DNA of 64,000 bases, taken from an uncultured Lachnospiraceae bacterium. Lineage in GTDB: Bacteria; Bacillota; Clostridia; Lachnospirales; Lachnospiraceae. The notes under the pieces are model-generated. The model made no database searches. It was not told where the DNA came from and saw only the letters and a list, made by a program, of their open reading frames with translations. The DNA is taken from assembly GCA_900554925.1 (NCBI GenBank), contig USJG01000001.1:21182-85181 (forward strand), read 5' to 3'. The translations under genes and the position numbers were made by a program. Below, piece after piece: positions 19,880 through 30,063 of the stretch (positions within the stretch are counted from its first letter, which is position 1; each line of letters opens with the position of its first letter).

Positions 19880-21799
19880 ATGAATAAGGAACTAATCTAT
19901 TGTCGTATTTTAAAAACAAATATAAATGTAACAGATATGGAAGCGACAGTTGATTATATAGATACCCATATGAATGAGCTTCGTGGAGATTACGTGTGCA
20001 TTTCTAATGTACATACGACTGTTATGTCATATCACGATGAAAAGTACCGAAGGGTACAAAACGGAGCGGCAATGGCACTTCCTGATGGTAAACCTTTGTC
20101 TATTGTCAGTAAAATGCGGGGATTTAGAAATGCAAAGCGAGTGCCGGGACCTGATCTGATGCCTGAAATCTTTAAACTTTCGGAGAAAAGAGGATATACC
20201 CATTTTTTTTATGGAAGTAAAGAAGAGACACTTGTCAAATTGAAGGAAAAATTGACTGAAAGCTATCCTGATTTGAGAATAGTGGGAATGTATGCACCTC
20301 CTTTTAGAAATTTGTCGGAAGAAGAAGACAGAGAATGTGTGGAAATGATCAATAAGACTCGTGCAGATTTTATTTGGGTGGGTCTTGGAGCGCCTAAACA
20401 GGAGTTTTGGATGGCAGATCATAAGGGAAAGGTCTGCGGATTGATGCTTGGTGTAGGGGCTGGATTTGATTTTCATGCCGGAACCATAAAAAGAGCACCG
20501 CGATGGATGCAGGAGTGGTGCCTTGAATGGTTGTATAGAATATTACAAGATCCCAGGAGATTGCTTAAAAGATATGCCAGTACCAACTTTTCATTTATTG
20601 TACATGCTATTGGTGAGCATAGAATAGAAAAAAGGAAAGTGCGGGATAATCATATTAAGATAGCGCAGATTGGGCATAAGAGGATTCCGTCAAGAGAAGG
20701 AGGAGTAGAGGTAGTAGTAGAGCAGCTTTCAGTGCGCTATGTTAAGAAGGGGAATATTGTAGATGCCTATAACCGTTCGGGATATCATGTATCTGGTAAA
20801 GAATTTGATGAGAAACGAAGTCGGATTTTCAAAGGCATACGGATTATCACAATTCCTACTTTTAGAAATGGAAAGCTAAATGCCATCGTATATTCTTTTC
20901 TGGCTACCATCCGGGCACTGTTTGGCAGATACGATATATATCATTATCACGCAGAAGGTCCCTGCGCGATGCTGTGGCTGCTTAAATTATTTAAAAAGAA
21001 CATTGTGGTAACCATCCATGGTTTGGATTGGCAGAGGGCAAAGTGGGGGAATTTTGCTTCCCGCGTACTTAAGTTCGGAGAGAAGATGGCTGTGAAATAT
21101 GCAGATAAGATTATTGTTTTGTCCCGAAATGTCCAAAACTATTTTCAAAAGTCATATGGAAGGGAAACTTTGTATATTCCTAACGGTATTGACAGACCTG
21201 AGATAATTGATGCCGATGAAATCACAGAGAAATGGGGGCTTAAAAAAGATGAATATATTCTTTTTCTGGCACGTATCGTTCCTGAAAAAGGCGCACATTA
21301 TTTATTAGAAGCTTTTTCGCGTATAAATACCGATAAGAAATTGGTAATTGCCGGAGGAAGCAGTCATTCCAATGAATATATGAATCAGATTATTGAGATG
21401 GCAGAAAAGGATTCCAGGGTAGTTATGACTCATTTTGTGCAGGGGAAAAAACTGGAAGAATTGTATTCCAATGCATATATATTTGTGCTTCCCAGCGATA
21501 TAGAAGGAATGGCAATTAGTTTATTGGAAGCTATGAGTTACGGAAACTGTTGCGTAGTAAGTGATATTCCGGAAAATGTAGAAGTAATAGGTGATCAGGC
21601 AGCCACTTTCCGCCATGGAGATGTATGTGACTTACAGCGTGTTTTGGAAGAATTACTTACACATCCGGAGATGGTCGGACAATATAAGCAACATAGTCAG
21701 GAATATGTTTGTCAGAAGTATCATTGGGATAAAATTGTGGAAGAAACACTTATGCTGTATAATGATGTGATAGAGCAGAATAAGAAAAGGGGTCATTAA
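19880..21799 (+). CDS. Fusion of a WecB/TagA/CpsF (GT26) domain and a GT4 glycosyltransferase
   Basis: N-half DGKPL, RVPGPDL, WVGLGAPKQE, LEWLYR; C-half GHKRIPSREGGVE, ARIVPEKG, EGMAISLLEAMSYG; one uninterrupted ORF. Confidence 0.85.
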   Translation: MNKELIYCRILKTNINVTDMEATVDYIDTHMNELRGDYVCISNVHTTVMSYHDEKYRRVQNGAAMALPDGKPLSIVSKMRGFRNAKRVPGPDLMPEIFKLSEKRGYTHFFYGSKEETLVKLKEKLTESYPDLRIVGMYAPPFRNLSEEEDRECVEMINKTRADFIWVGLGAPKQEFWMADHKGKVCGLMLGVGAGFDFHAGTIKRAPRWMQEWCLEWLYRILQDPRRLLKRYASTNFSFIVHAIGEHRIEKRKVRDNHIKIAQIGHKRIPSREGGVEVVVEQLSVRYVKKGNIVDAYNRSGYHVSGKEFDEKRSRIFKGIRIITIPTFRNGKLNAIVYSFLATIRALFGRYDIYHYHAEGPCAMLWLLKLFKKNIVVTIHGLDWQRAKWGNFASRVLKFGEKMAVKYADKIIVLSRNVQNYFQKSYGRETLYIPNGIDRPEIIDADEITEKWGLKKDEYILFLARIVPEKGAHYLLEAFSRINTDKKLVIAGGSSHSNEYMNQIIEMAEKDSRVVMTHFVQGKKLEELYSNAYIFVLPSDIEGMAISLLEAMSYGNCCVVSDIPENVEVIGDQAATFRHGDVCDLQRVLEELLTHPEMVGQYKQHSQEYVCQKYHWDKIVEETLMLYNDVIEQNKKRGH

Positions 21800-21808
21800 A
21801 AAAGCAAT

Positions 21809-23011
21809 ATGAGAATATTGATTGTAAACAAATTTCTGCATCCGAATGGGGGATCAGAAACCTATATTTTCAAACTGGGTGATGAGTTAATCAAACAGGG
21901 ACATGAAGTGCAATATTTTGGCATGGATCATAAGGAGCGCGTGGTTGGAAATCATTTGGAGCTATATACTCATAATATGGATTTTCATAGCGGAAAAATG
22001 CAAAAGCTTTTATACCCCTTTAAAATTATATATTCCCATGAAGCAGCAAAAAAGATAAGAAAAGTGCTTGAAGATTTTAAGCCGGATGTAGTGCATCTTA
22101 ATAATTTCAATTTTCAACTTACCCCATCAATTATTTATGCTGTGAAAAAATATGAGAAAGTTCATAATCACCATGTGAGGCTGATATACACAGCCCATGA
22201 TACACAATTAGTGTGTCCAAATCATCTGATGCAGAATCCGCGTACCTTAGAATGCTGTGACGCCTGTCTTGAACATGGGGTAGAAGAATGTGCAAAAAGG
22301 AAGTGTATTCACAATTCACGCGCGAAAAGTGTGCTCGGAACAATAGAAGCAAAGCTATATAAGAAATTAAAGACATATCGGAAATTGGATGCGATTATAT
22401 GTCCAAGTAATTTCTTGAAGAGTAAACTGGATTCAGATTCAGTTTTGAGTAAAAAGACAGTAGTACTTCGCAACTTTGTTGATATGCCGGTTATTAAGGA
22501 TGCGGTTTCAAAAGAGGACTATGTGCTTTATTTCGGAAGATTTTCACAGGAAAAGGGGATAAAAACGTTACTGAAGGCGTGTGCAGATCTAAAAGACATT
22601 CCCTTTCATTTTGCAGGGAGCGGACCAATGGAGGAAGAAATACGAAAACTGCCAAATACAAAATTATGTGGATTTTTAACAGGAGAAGAACTGGCAAGGG
22701 AGATTGCACAGGCAAGATTTGTCGTGTTCCCATCGGAATGCTATGAGAATTGCCCTTTTACTATAATGGAAGCGCAATTGTGTCAGACTCCGGTGTTAGG
22801 CTCTGATTTGGGCGGCATTCCGGAACTGGTAAAAGAGGGAGTGACGGGAGAACTTTTTGAAAGCGGAAACGCACAGCTATTGAAAGAAAAAATCGAATTT
22901 CTCTGGAAACATGAAGATCGGCTACAGACTTATACAGAAAATTGTAAAGATGTCCATTTTGATGATGTAGGGAAATATGTAGAAAACCTGATGAAAATAT
23001 ACCAGAATTAA
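21809..23011 (+). CDS. GT4 glycosyltransferase
   Basis: GGSETY, YFGRFSQEKG, YENCPFTIMEA, LGGIPEL; Cys-rich insert CPNH..C..C..C..C. Confidence 0.9.
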   Translation: MRILIVNKFLHPNGGSETYIFKLGDELIKQGHEVQYFGMDHKERVVGNHLELYTHNMDFHSGKMQKLLYPFKIIYSHEAAKKIRKVLEDFKPDVVHLNNFNFQLTPSIIYAVKKYEKVHNHHVRLIYTAHDTQLVCPNHLMQNPRTLECCDACLEHGVEECAKRKCIHNSRAKSVLGTIEAKLYKKLKTYRKLDAIICPSNFLKSKLDSDSVLSKKTVVLRNFVDMPVIKDAVSKEDYVLYFGRFSQEKGIKTLLKACADLKDIPFHFAGSGPMEEEIRKLPNTKLCGFLTGEELAREIAQARFVVFPSECYENCPFTIMEAQLCQTPVLGSDLGGIPELVKEGVTGELFESGNAQLLKEKIEFLWKHEDRLQTYTENCKDVHFDDVGKYVENLMKIYQN

Positions 23012-23030
23012 AATGAAGGGATAAAATAAC

Positions 23031-24032
23031 ATGGCAAAAAGAACATTATACGGAACAGTTATTGTAACATATCGCTGTAATGCACGCTGCAATATGTGCG
23101 ATTGCTTTAAAGACCCTACAAAGCCCAGCGAGGAAATTACATTGGAAGATATCAGGAAACTTCCAGAGATGGCCTTTACAAATATTACTGGCGGGGAGCC
23201 TTTTGTGAGGCAGGATATTCCTGAGATCGTAAGGGAGTTATATAAAAAAAGTAATCGGATTGTAATTTCCACCAACGGATATTTTACAGACAGAATTATT
23301 GCTCTTTGTAAAGAATTTCCTAAAGTAGGCATTCGTATCAGCATTGAAGGATTGCAGGAAACCAATGATAAGATCAGAGGGATTCCTGACGGATTTAACA
23401 GAGGATATAATACATTAAAGACATTGGTAGAAATGGGACATCCGGATGTGGGGTTCGGGATGACAGTACAGGATATGAACTGTGAAGATTTAGTTCCGCT
23501 TTATAATATTGCCAATGATATGGGGATGGAATTTGCGACAGCAACCCTTCATAATTCCTTTTATTTCAGAAAAACAGACAATAAAATTGACAATAAGTTA
23601 AAAGTATCTCAGAATTTTGAAAAACTAATCAATGAGTTGTTGAAAAGTAATTCTCCTAAAAAGTGGTTTAGAGCTTATTTCAATCATGGGCTTATTAACT
23701 ACATCTATGGAAACAAGCGCTTGCTCCCGTGCGATATGTCTAAAAATGCATTTTTCATTGACCCATTTTGTGATGTGATTCCATGTAATGGCATGGAAAA
23801 AAAGGCTGTAATGGGAAATCTCAGAGAACAATCATGGGAGGAACTTTGGAATTCAGAGCAGGCAAAAAGAGTACGAGAGTGTACAAAGAAATGCGACCGT
23901 AATTGTTGGATGATAGGAAGTGCATCACCTGCTATGCATAAATATATCTGGGTTCCTGGATGGTGGGTAATTAAACATAAATTTTTAAAAGGTGGAAAAT
24001 ATAGTTTGAAAGAAAACAAGTTCATTAACTGA
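23031..24032 (+). CDS. Radical SAM protein with C-terminal SPASM/twitch-like domain
   Basis: CNARCNMC (CxxxCxxC), TGGEPF, STNG; C-terminal PC..IDPFCDVIPCN..MGNL..CDRNC. Confidence 0.9.
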   Translation: MAKRTLYGTVIVTYRCNARCNMCDCFKDPTKPSEEITLEDIRKLPEMAFTNITGGEPFVRQDIPEIVRELYKKSNRIVISTNGYFTDRIIALCKEFPKVGIRISIEGLQETNDKIRGIPDGFNRGYNTLKTLVEMGHPDVGFGMTVQDMNCEDLVPLYNIANDMGMEFATATLHNSFYFRKTDNKIDNKLKVSQNFEKLINELLKSNSPKKWFRAYFNHGLINYIYGNKRLLPCDMSKNAFFIDPFCDVIPCNGMEKKAVMGNLREQSWEELWNSEQAKRVRECTKKCDRNCWMIGSASPAMHKYIWVPGWWVIKHKFLKGGKYSLKENKFIN

Positions 24033-24044
24033 GGCAGATGATTT

Positions 24045-25118
24045 ATGAAAATACTAATGCTTGTCAACTGGAAAATTGAATATACAAACGAAATCCCAAT
24101 GGACAGGCAGCCACCGGATTATTATGTCGAAGGTAAACCATATTGGTTTTTTAAGTATTTTCAAAATAGTGCTGAGTTACAAGTGGATGTTGTGGACATC
24201 CGTTCTTTTCCATGGTTGGAAAGATTTGAACAGAACAAACTGCGTTTTTACATATGGCAGTCATTGAAGTGTATCCCCAGACTGCATAAGTATGATTTGA
24301 TTTTATCTCATGGGATGCAGAGCGGCATTGTACTGTGCCTTTATAGACGCATATTCGGCAAAGGAAATTATAAACATATAGTTTTTGATATTGGCGCTTT
24401 TAACAGCGGGAGGGAAGACGGACGGGCACTTAAATTGATGCAGTTTGCCAGCAAATCCTTAGACGGGGTTATTTATCACACCTCTGTGCAGGAAGAATAT
24501 TACAGGAAATGTCATCCATGGTTGATGGACAGAGCTGAATTTATTATGTTTGGCACTGATTATAACTATTTTAAGAAACGAAATAAAGCAGGGGATATCA
24601 GAGAAAAAAAAGCTTATATACTATGTGTAGGTTATAATAAAAGAGATTGGGATACACTGATCAAGGCATATAATGGAATATCTACGGATATGCATTTGCG
24701 ACTCATAGGCAATGGTGATATTAAAGCGGAAAATCCCAATGTAGAAATTTTTGATAAAGTAAATATAACAGAATTGAAAGAACAGATAGAAAATTCATAT
24801 TTTTGTGTACTTCCCTTAAAGTCATTTAATTACTCATATGGACAGATGACCTTGTTGCAGCAGATGGCAATGGGAAAAGCTGTTATTGCAGCTGATGTTC
24901 CAAGTATCAGAGCATATACAAAAGAAAATGCTTTGCTATTATATGAGCCTGAAAATGTCAGGATGCTTGGCGAAAGGATGCAGGAGCTGGTAGACAATCC
25001 GGAAACCTGTTTAAAAATGGGAAAAATGGCAGAGAAGGCAGTAAAAGATTTGTATAACGAGAAAAATATGGCATTGGAAATAGAGCGAGTAATTCACAGG
25101 ATCGTGGAAGGAAAATGA
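24045..25118 (+). CDS. GT4-like glycosyltransferase
   Basis: VGYNKRDW, GQMTLLQQMAMGKAVIAAD. Confidence 0.8.
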   Translation: MKILMLVNWKIEYTNEIPMDRQPPDYYVEGKPYWFFKYFQNSAELQVDVVDIRSFPWLERFEQNKLRFYIWQSLKCIPRLHKYDLILSHGMQSGIVLCLYRRIFGKGNYKHIVFDIGAFNSGREDGRALKLMQFASKSLDGVIYHTSVQEEYYRKCHPWLMDRAEFIMFGTDYNYFKKRNKAGDIREKKAYILCVGYNKRDWDTLIKAYNGISTDMHLRLIGNGDIKAENPNVEIFDKVNITELKEQIENSYFCVLPLKSFNYSYGQMTLLQQMAMGKAVIAADVPSIRAYTKENALLLYEPENVRMLGERMQELVDNPETCLKMGKMAEKAVKDLYNEKNMALEIERVIHRIVEGK

Positions 25119-25119
25119 T

Positions 25120-26160
25120 ATGGAACCTAAATTATCTGTAATTGTTCCGGTATATAATGTTGAAGGTTATCTGATACGCTGTGTTGATTCTATACGAAAT
25201 CAGACATTTCCTGAGTTGGAGATTATTCTGGTAGATGATGGATCGACGGATGCAAGTGGTAAGATATGCGATGATTTAGCTAAAACAGATGCTCGGATAA
25301 AGGTGATTCATAAACAGAATGAAGGGCAGGGAATCGCACGAAATACAGGGATTGAAAGCGCATGTGGCAGATATATTACATTTGTAGATTCTGATGATTA
25401 CATTGAAGAAGAGACTTATGAGGATTTGATTACTCAGATGGAGTTACTCGGTGCAGAACTTGCCTGTTTTGGCTACACGCAGGATGATAATAAAAGCCAT
25501 GTTGTATATAGGCCGCCAATCAGAAAACAAATCTATCATAATGATGAAATAAAGAAAAATTTTATTCTTCATTTTTTTGGTGATGATCCTAAGGATGATG
25601 ACTTGCGGGGAGTATCAGCGTGTATGTCCATATATCAGGCAAGGATCATAAAAGAACACAATATTTTCTTTCAATCAGAGAGAAAGGTTTTGAGTGAGGA
25701 TACATTATTTAATCTGGATTATTGTCAATTTGTAAATGTGGCAATTGTATGTGATAAGTATTTTTATCATTATTGTATAAAAGAAGATTCATTTTCAAAA
25801 GGATATCAGAAAGAACGTCTTGAAAAAGCGGCACGGTTCGTTAAAGTATTGAAGGAGTATGCAAAACAATATGAGATTGAAGAATTAGCAGATAGGCGAA
25901 TTCAAATGGTACTTTGGATCAGCTTTATGGATGCAGTGAAACAGGAAGTACGTCATTTGGGATTGCATCGCTGCTTTTCGTTAAGAAAGTCTGTTAAGGA
26001 TATTTGCAGCAGGGATTATATTCAGGAATTAGCAGATAGCTTTCAAGCAGAAGGATTGAATAGAAAACAGAAAATGTTTTACCAAAGCATGAAGCATAAA
26101 CAGTATTTTGTTTTAATATTGCTGGCCTATGTACGTAATAGGCGAAACTTGCCAAAATGA
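25120..26160 (+). CDS. GT2 glycosyltransferase
   Basis: SVIVPVYNVE, VDDGSTD, FVDSDD, SEDTLFN. Confidence 0.9.
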   Translation: MEPKLSVIVPVYNVEGYLIRCVDSIRNQTFPELEIILVDDGSTDASGKICDDLAKTDARIKVIHKQNEGQGIARNTGIESACGRYITFVDSDDYIEEETYEDLITQMELLGAELACFGYTQDDNKSHVVYRPPIRKQIYHNDEIKKNFILHFFGDDPKDDDLRGVSACMSIYQARIIKEHNIFFQSERKVLSEDTLFNLDYCQFVNVAIVCDKYFYHYCIKEDSFSKGYQKERLEKAARFVKVLKEYAKQYEIEELADRRIQMVLWISFMDAVKQEVRHLGLHRCFSLRKSVKDICSRDYIQELADSFQAEGLNRKQKMFYQSMKHKQYFVLILLAYVRNRRNLPK

Positions 26161-26194
26161 ATCTGCTATGATAACATATGTGAGAGACGAAATT

Positions 26195-27247
26195 ATGAAG
26201 AATTCACCATTGATTAGCGTAATTATGTCTGTATATAATGAAGAGCAATATGTGGAAAATGCTGTAAGAAGCATTTTAAATCAGACTGTGCAGAATTTTG
26301 AAATAATCATATATGATGATTGTTCTACTGATGCTACAGCCGATTTGATAGAGGCCATAGGAGACGAACGCATTAAACTCTATAGAAACAGCGATAATTG
26401 CGGATTAACTCAAAATCTGAACAAGGGCTTACAGGAAGCGACAGGAAAATATATTGCCAGAATGGATGGAGATGACATTTCTCTGCCTGATCGCTTTGAA
26501 AAACAAGTAGAGTATTTGGAACAGCATCCGCAGATAATGCTTATCAGTTGCTGGACGCAAAATTTTGGAGAATCCCATCTCCAGGGAAAACTGCGGGAAA
26601 GCAGTGATGAATTAAAGGTCAGGATGTTGATAAGGCCAGTGTTTGCACATCCCGGATTTATGATGAGAAAAGAATTGATTGATAATGGGTATCGCTATGA
26701 TGAAACCTTCCGGACAGCACAGGATTATGACCTTGCCTCAAGAGTGGCCGAAAAGTATGAAATAGGAATCGTACAGGAAATATTGCTGTATTATAGAGTT
26801 CATAAAAAGCAGGTGTCCAGTCTGGCGGGAAGTGAGCAGTTCAGTAATGCAGACCGTGTGCGGGAAAGGCTGTGGAGGAAGGGCGGCGTGCTTTTATCTG
26901 CAGAGGAGAAGAAAGCATTGCAAAGCTGGGCGAAGGAAGAAAGACTTGACAGTATCACCCAATATGTTGATATGAATAATCTTATTATCAAAATACTGGA
27001 AGCAAATAAAACGTCAAATGTTTACAGACAGGATATACTTGAAAGAACGTTAAACAGGTTATTGTATATATGGGTTATTCGTTCACGGAAGTTAAGCTAC
27101 CTGCTGGCATTTCCTTTAGTGTGTGGATATCGCTTAAAGAGTATGGTATTATTTGTTGAAGAATTTTTTAGTATCATTGCAGAGAAATTGCAGAATAGAG
27201 GCATTTATGGAGACAAGTTCGTTAACATTAAAGCAAAGAATTTATAG
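26195..27247 (+). CDS. GT2 glycosyltransferase
   Basis: ISVIMSVYN, YDDCSTD, ARMDGDD, HPGFMMR, QDYDL; start chosen at ATG 26195. Confidence 0.88.
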   Translation: MKNSPLISVIMSVYNEEQYVENAVRSILNQTVQNFEIIIYDDCSTDATADLIEAIGDERIKLYRNSDNCGLTQNLNKGLQEATGKYIARMDGDDISLPDRFEKQVEYLEQHPQIMLISCWTQNFGESHLQGKLRESSDELKVRMLIRPVFAHPGFMMRKELIDNGYRYDETFRTAQDYDLASRVAEKYEIGIVQEILLYYRVHKKQVSSLAGSEQFSNADRVRERLWRKGGVLLSAEEKKALQSWAKEERLDSITQYVDMNNLIIKILEANKTSNVYRQDILERTLNRLLYIWVIRSRKLSYLLAFPLVCGYRLKSMVLFVEEFFSIIAEKLQNRGIYGDKFVNIKAKNL

Positions 27248-28091
27248 AAAGACATGTTACTTGTTTGGCAGACTGATACCTGACCGGGCTTATTTAAAAA
27301 TGATGTATCAGGTTAATATGGGAAAAAAGCTGAATTTAAAAAATCCAGTAACTTTTAATGAAAAATTAAATTGGCTCAAACTTTATGACAGAAAAGATAT
27401 TTATACAAAAATGGCAGATAAATATGAGGTTCGTGAGATAATCAGTCAGAAATTAGGAGAAGAATATCTGATTCCCTTACTGGGTGTATGGGATCATGTG
27501 GAAGATATTGATTTTTCCCAGATGCCGGACCAGTTTGTTTTAAAATGTACACATGATTCGCAAAGTGTTGTTATCTGTAAAGATAAAAGTAAGTTTGATG
27601 AAAAAGCGGCTATAAAAAAGCTCTCTGATGCAATGAAAAATAACTATTACCGTTATAACAGGGAATGGGTATATAAGAATATTAAGCCCAGGGTTATTGC
27701 AGAAAAATATATGGAAGACAGTATTGATGGAGAATTGATAGATTATAAGTTTTTCTGTTTTGATGGAGTCCCTAAGGCCATGTATGTTGCCACAGACCGG
27801 GGAATAGGAGAAACAAAATTTGATTATTTTGATGTTAATTTTAATCATTTGAATTTGATTCAGCATTATCCAAATGCAACGAAACCAATCAGAAAACCGA
27901 TGAATTTTGACAGGATGCTGGAGCTTTCAGCAGTATTATCGAAGGACATTCCGCATGTGCGGGTGGATTTTTATGAAGTTGACGGAAGATTGTATTTTGG
28001 GGAATTAACATTTTATCATTTAGGAGGATATGTGCCTTTTGAACCTGAAAGTTGGGATGAAGTGTTTGGTGAATGGTTAAAAATCCAGTAG
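27207..28091 (+). CDS. TupA-like ATP-grasp protein (polysaccharide amidoligase)
   Basis: LNLKNPVTFNEKLNWLKL, MADKYEVR, FVLKCTHDS, DYKFFCFDG, VRVDFYEV, FGELTF. Confidence 0.85.
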   Translation: METSSLTLKQRIYRKTCYLFGRLIPDRAYLKMMYQVNMGKKLNLKNPVTFNEKLNWLKLYDRKDIYTKMADKYEVREIISQKLGEEYLIPLLGVWDHVEDIDFSQMPDQFVLKCTHDSQSVVICKDKSKFDEKAAIKKLSDAMKNNYYRYNREWVYKNIKPRVIAEKYMEDSIDGELIDYKFFCFDGVPKAMYVATDRGIGETKFDYFDVNFNHLNLIQHYPNATKPIRKPMNFDRMLELSAVLSKDIPHVRVDFYEVDGRLYFGELTFYHLGGYVPFEPESWDEVFGEWLKIQ

Positions 28092-28117
28092 TTTTAAAGC
28101 TCCGGAGATAAAAGAAT

Positions 28118-28966
28118 ATGATAATTATAGAAATGAGTGGCGGATTGGGAAACCAGATGTTTCAGTATGCTTTGTATACGAAAATGAAAAAGCTGGGGAA
28201 GGAAGTTAAATTAGATTTAACTTCCTTTAAGTCAAAGCAATCACAGCGAAAATTTGAGTTAGATATATTTAATGCGGACTATGATATTGCTGGCGAAAAA
28301 GACATACGCAAATATAAAAAAACAGGTATACAGAGCAGATTATTCCATACAAGGAGAAATGAAAATGTTTATATAGAGAATCTGGACGAGGGGTATCAGC
28401 CAATTATTTTTTCCTTTGATGATAAGTATCTGCAGGGGTATTGGCAATGTGAAAAATACTTTGCAGATGTAAGGGATATTCTTTTGGAAAAGTTTGTATT
28501 TCCCATTAGTAACGGGCATAAATTCAATCAAATTCTATCTCAGATAAAAGAAACAGAATCGGTTAGCATTCATATTAGAAGAGGTGATTATTTAAACGCT
28601 CAGAATATCAAGGTATATGGCAATATATGTACAATCGATTATTATAATAATGCCATTTCATATGTAAAGAAAGAAGTGAAGGATGCGGTATTTTTTCTCT
28701 TTACGAATGAAGTGGAATGGGTCAAAAACCATATTTATGAAGAAGGGATGATTATTGTAGACTGTAATATTGGAAAACAGGATTATCTGGATATGTTTCT
28801 CATGAGTCAATGTAAACATAACATAATAGCGAACAGCAGCTTTAGCTGGTGGGGCGCGTGGCTGAATGAAAATGCGGATAAAAAGATAATATCTCCTGCC
28901 AGATGGTTTTTGAATCATGAAGTGTCTGATCAGATTTGTGATAATTTTGTTTTAGTAGAAAGTTGA
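28118..28966 (+). CDS. GT11 alpha-1,2-fucosyltransferase
   Basis: GGLGNQMFQYA, YLQGYWQCEKYF, IHIRRGDY, IANSSFSWWGAW. Confidence 0.92.
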   Translation: MIIIEMSGGLGNQMFQYALYTKMKKLGKEVKLDLTSFKSKQSQRKFELDIFNADYDIAGEKDIRKYKKTGIQSRLFHTRRNENVYIENLDEGYQPIIFSFDDKYLQGYWQCEKYFADVRDILLEKFVFPISNGHKFNQILSQIKETESVSIHIRRGDYLNAQNIKVYGNICTIDYYNNAISYVKKEVKDAVFFLFTNEVEWVKNHIYEEGMIIVDCNIGKQDYLDMFLMSQCKHNIIANSSFSWWGAWLNENADKKIISPARWFLNHEVSDQICDNFVLVES

Positions 28967-28970
28967 GGCA

Positions 28971-30056
28971 ATGATGAAAGCAGCATTTATACCATGGGAT
29001 GACAGTATCCATAATAATAATATTTTTATACCAAAATATCAAGGACATGAAGATTCTCATGTCCTTTTAAAAAAGGTATTTCAGGATAATGGGGATGACA
29101 TTAATACAATTGATATGTATGAGGATTTAGAAGAAGTAGATCTTTTTCTGTTTTCGATCGTTCATTATCAATGGCTTGACAAAGTGGTAAAAGCAGGGTT
29201 GATTGACAGGTGTGTATATTGCAGTGGAGAACCGCCGGTAGTTAAACCATTAAATTGTTTTGAAGGTTATCAAAAACTACAGAAGATATTTCCTTATATT
29301 ATGACTTTTGATGATGAGCTGGTAGACGGTAAAAGAATTTTTAAAAGAATACTCCCTTATTATTTTGAACCTGAATTTGGAAAAGTTCCTTTTGAGAAAC
29401 GAAAGCTGCTGGTCAATATTTCAGGCAATAAGAAATCAGAGCATCCCAAAGAGCTGTATAGTGAAAGGGAAAAGGTAGTTTCATTTTTTGAGAAAAAATA
29501 TCCTGAACATATTACTCTATATGGCCCAGGGTGGTCTAAAAAAGAACATCCATCCTATTGTGGTTATATTGATGACAAGAAGGATGCGTATTATTACCAT
29601 AAATTTGCATTATCATTGGAGAATATGCATGATGTCAGAGGATATATAACAGAAAAAATATTTGATTGCTTTGATTTGGGAATTGTACCTATTTATTGGG
29701 GGGCAAGCGATATTGAAGAATATGTGCCAAAAGAATGTTTTATTGATTATAGCAAATTTGGCAGTATGGAAGAACTGGCGCAATACTTATTTAACATGGA
29801 TGAAAGCGAGTACAACAAATATTTGGAGGCAATACAAAAATTGCTTCATTCAGATATAGATATTCTTTTTAGCAGTGATACATTTTATGAACAAATAAAA
29901 ACAGTTTATCACGCAGAGCCTGTAAAAGATTTTTCTGTTTCTAAAGAACAATGCAGAATGATAGCAAAAAACGCGCGAAAAGAACGCTTATGTGCGAAAA
30001 GAGATAATATGGTATTAAATACTAAAAAGAAGATTAAAAAATTAATTGGAAGGTGA
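28971..30056 (+). CDS. GT10 alpha-1,3/4-fucosyltransferase-like protein
   Basis: GT10 signature KFALSLEN....GYITEKIFDC....VPIYWGA. Confidence 0.85.
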   Translation: MMKAAFIPWDDSIHNNNIFIPKYQGHEDSHVLLKKVFQDNGDDINTIDMYEDLEEVDLFLFSIVHYQWLDKVVKAGLIDRCVYCSGEPPVVKPLNCFEGYQKLQKIFPYIMTFDDELVDGKRIFKRILPYYFEPEFGKVPFEKRKLLVNISGNKKSEHPKELYSEREKVVSFFEKKYPEHITLYGPGWSKKEHPSYCGYIDDKKDAYYYHKFALSLENMHDVRGYITEKIFDCFDLGIVPIYWGASDIEEYVPKECFIDYSKFGSMEELAQYLFNMDESEYNKYLEAIQKLLHSDIDILFSSDTFYEQIKTVYHAEPVKDFSVSKEQCRMIAKNARKERLCAKRDNMVLNTKKKIKKLIGR

Positions 30057-30063
30057 GAATGAT

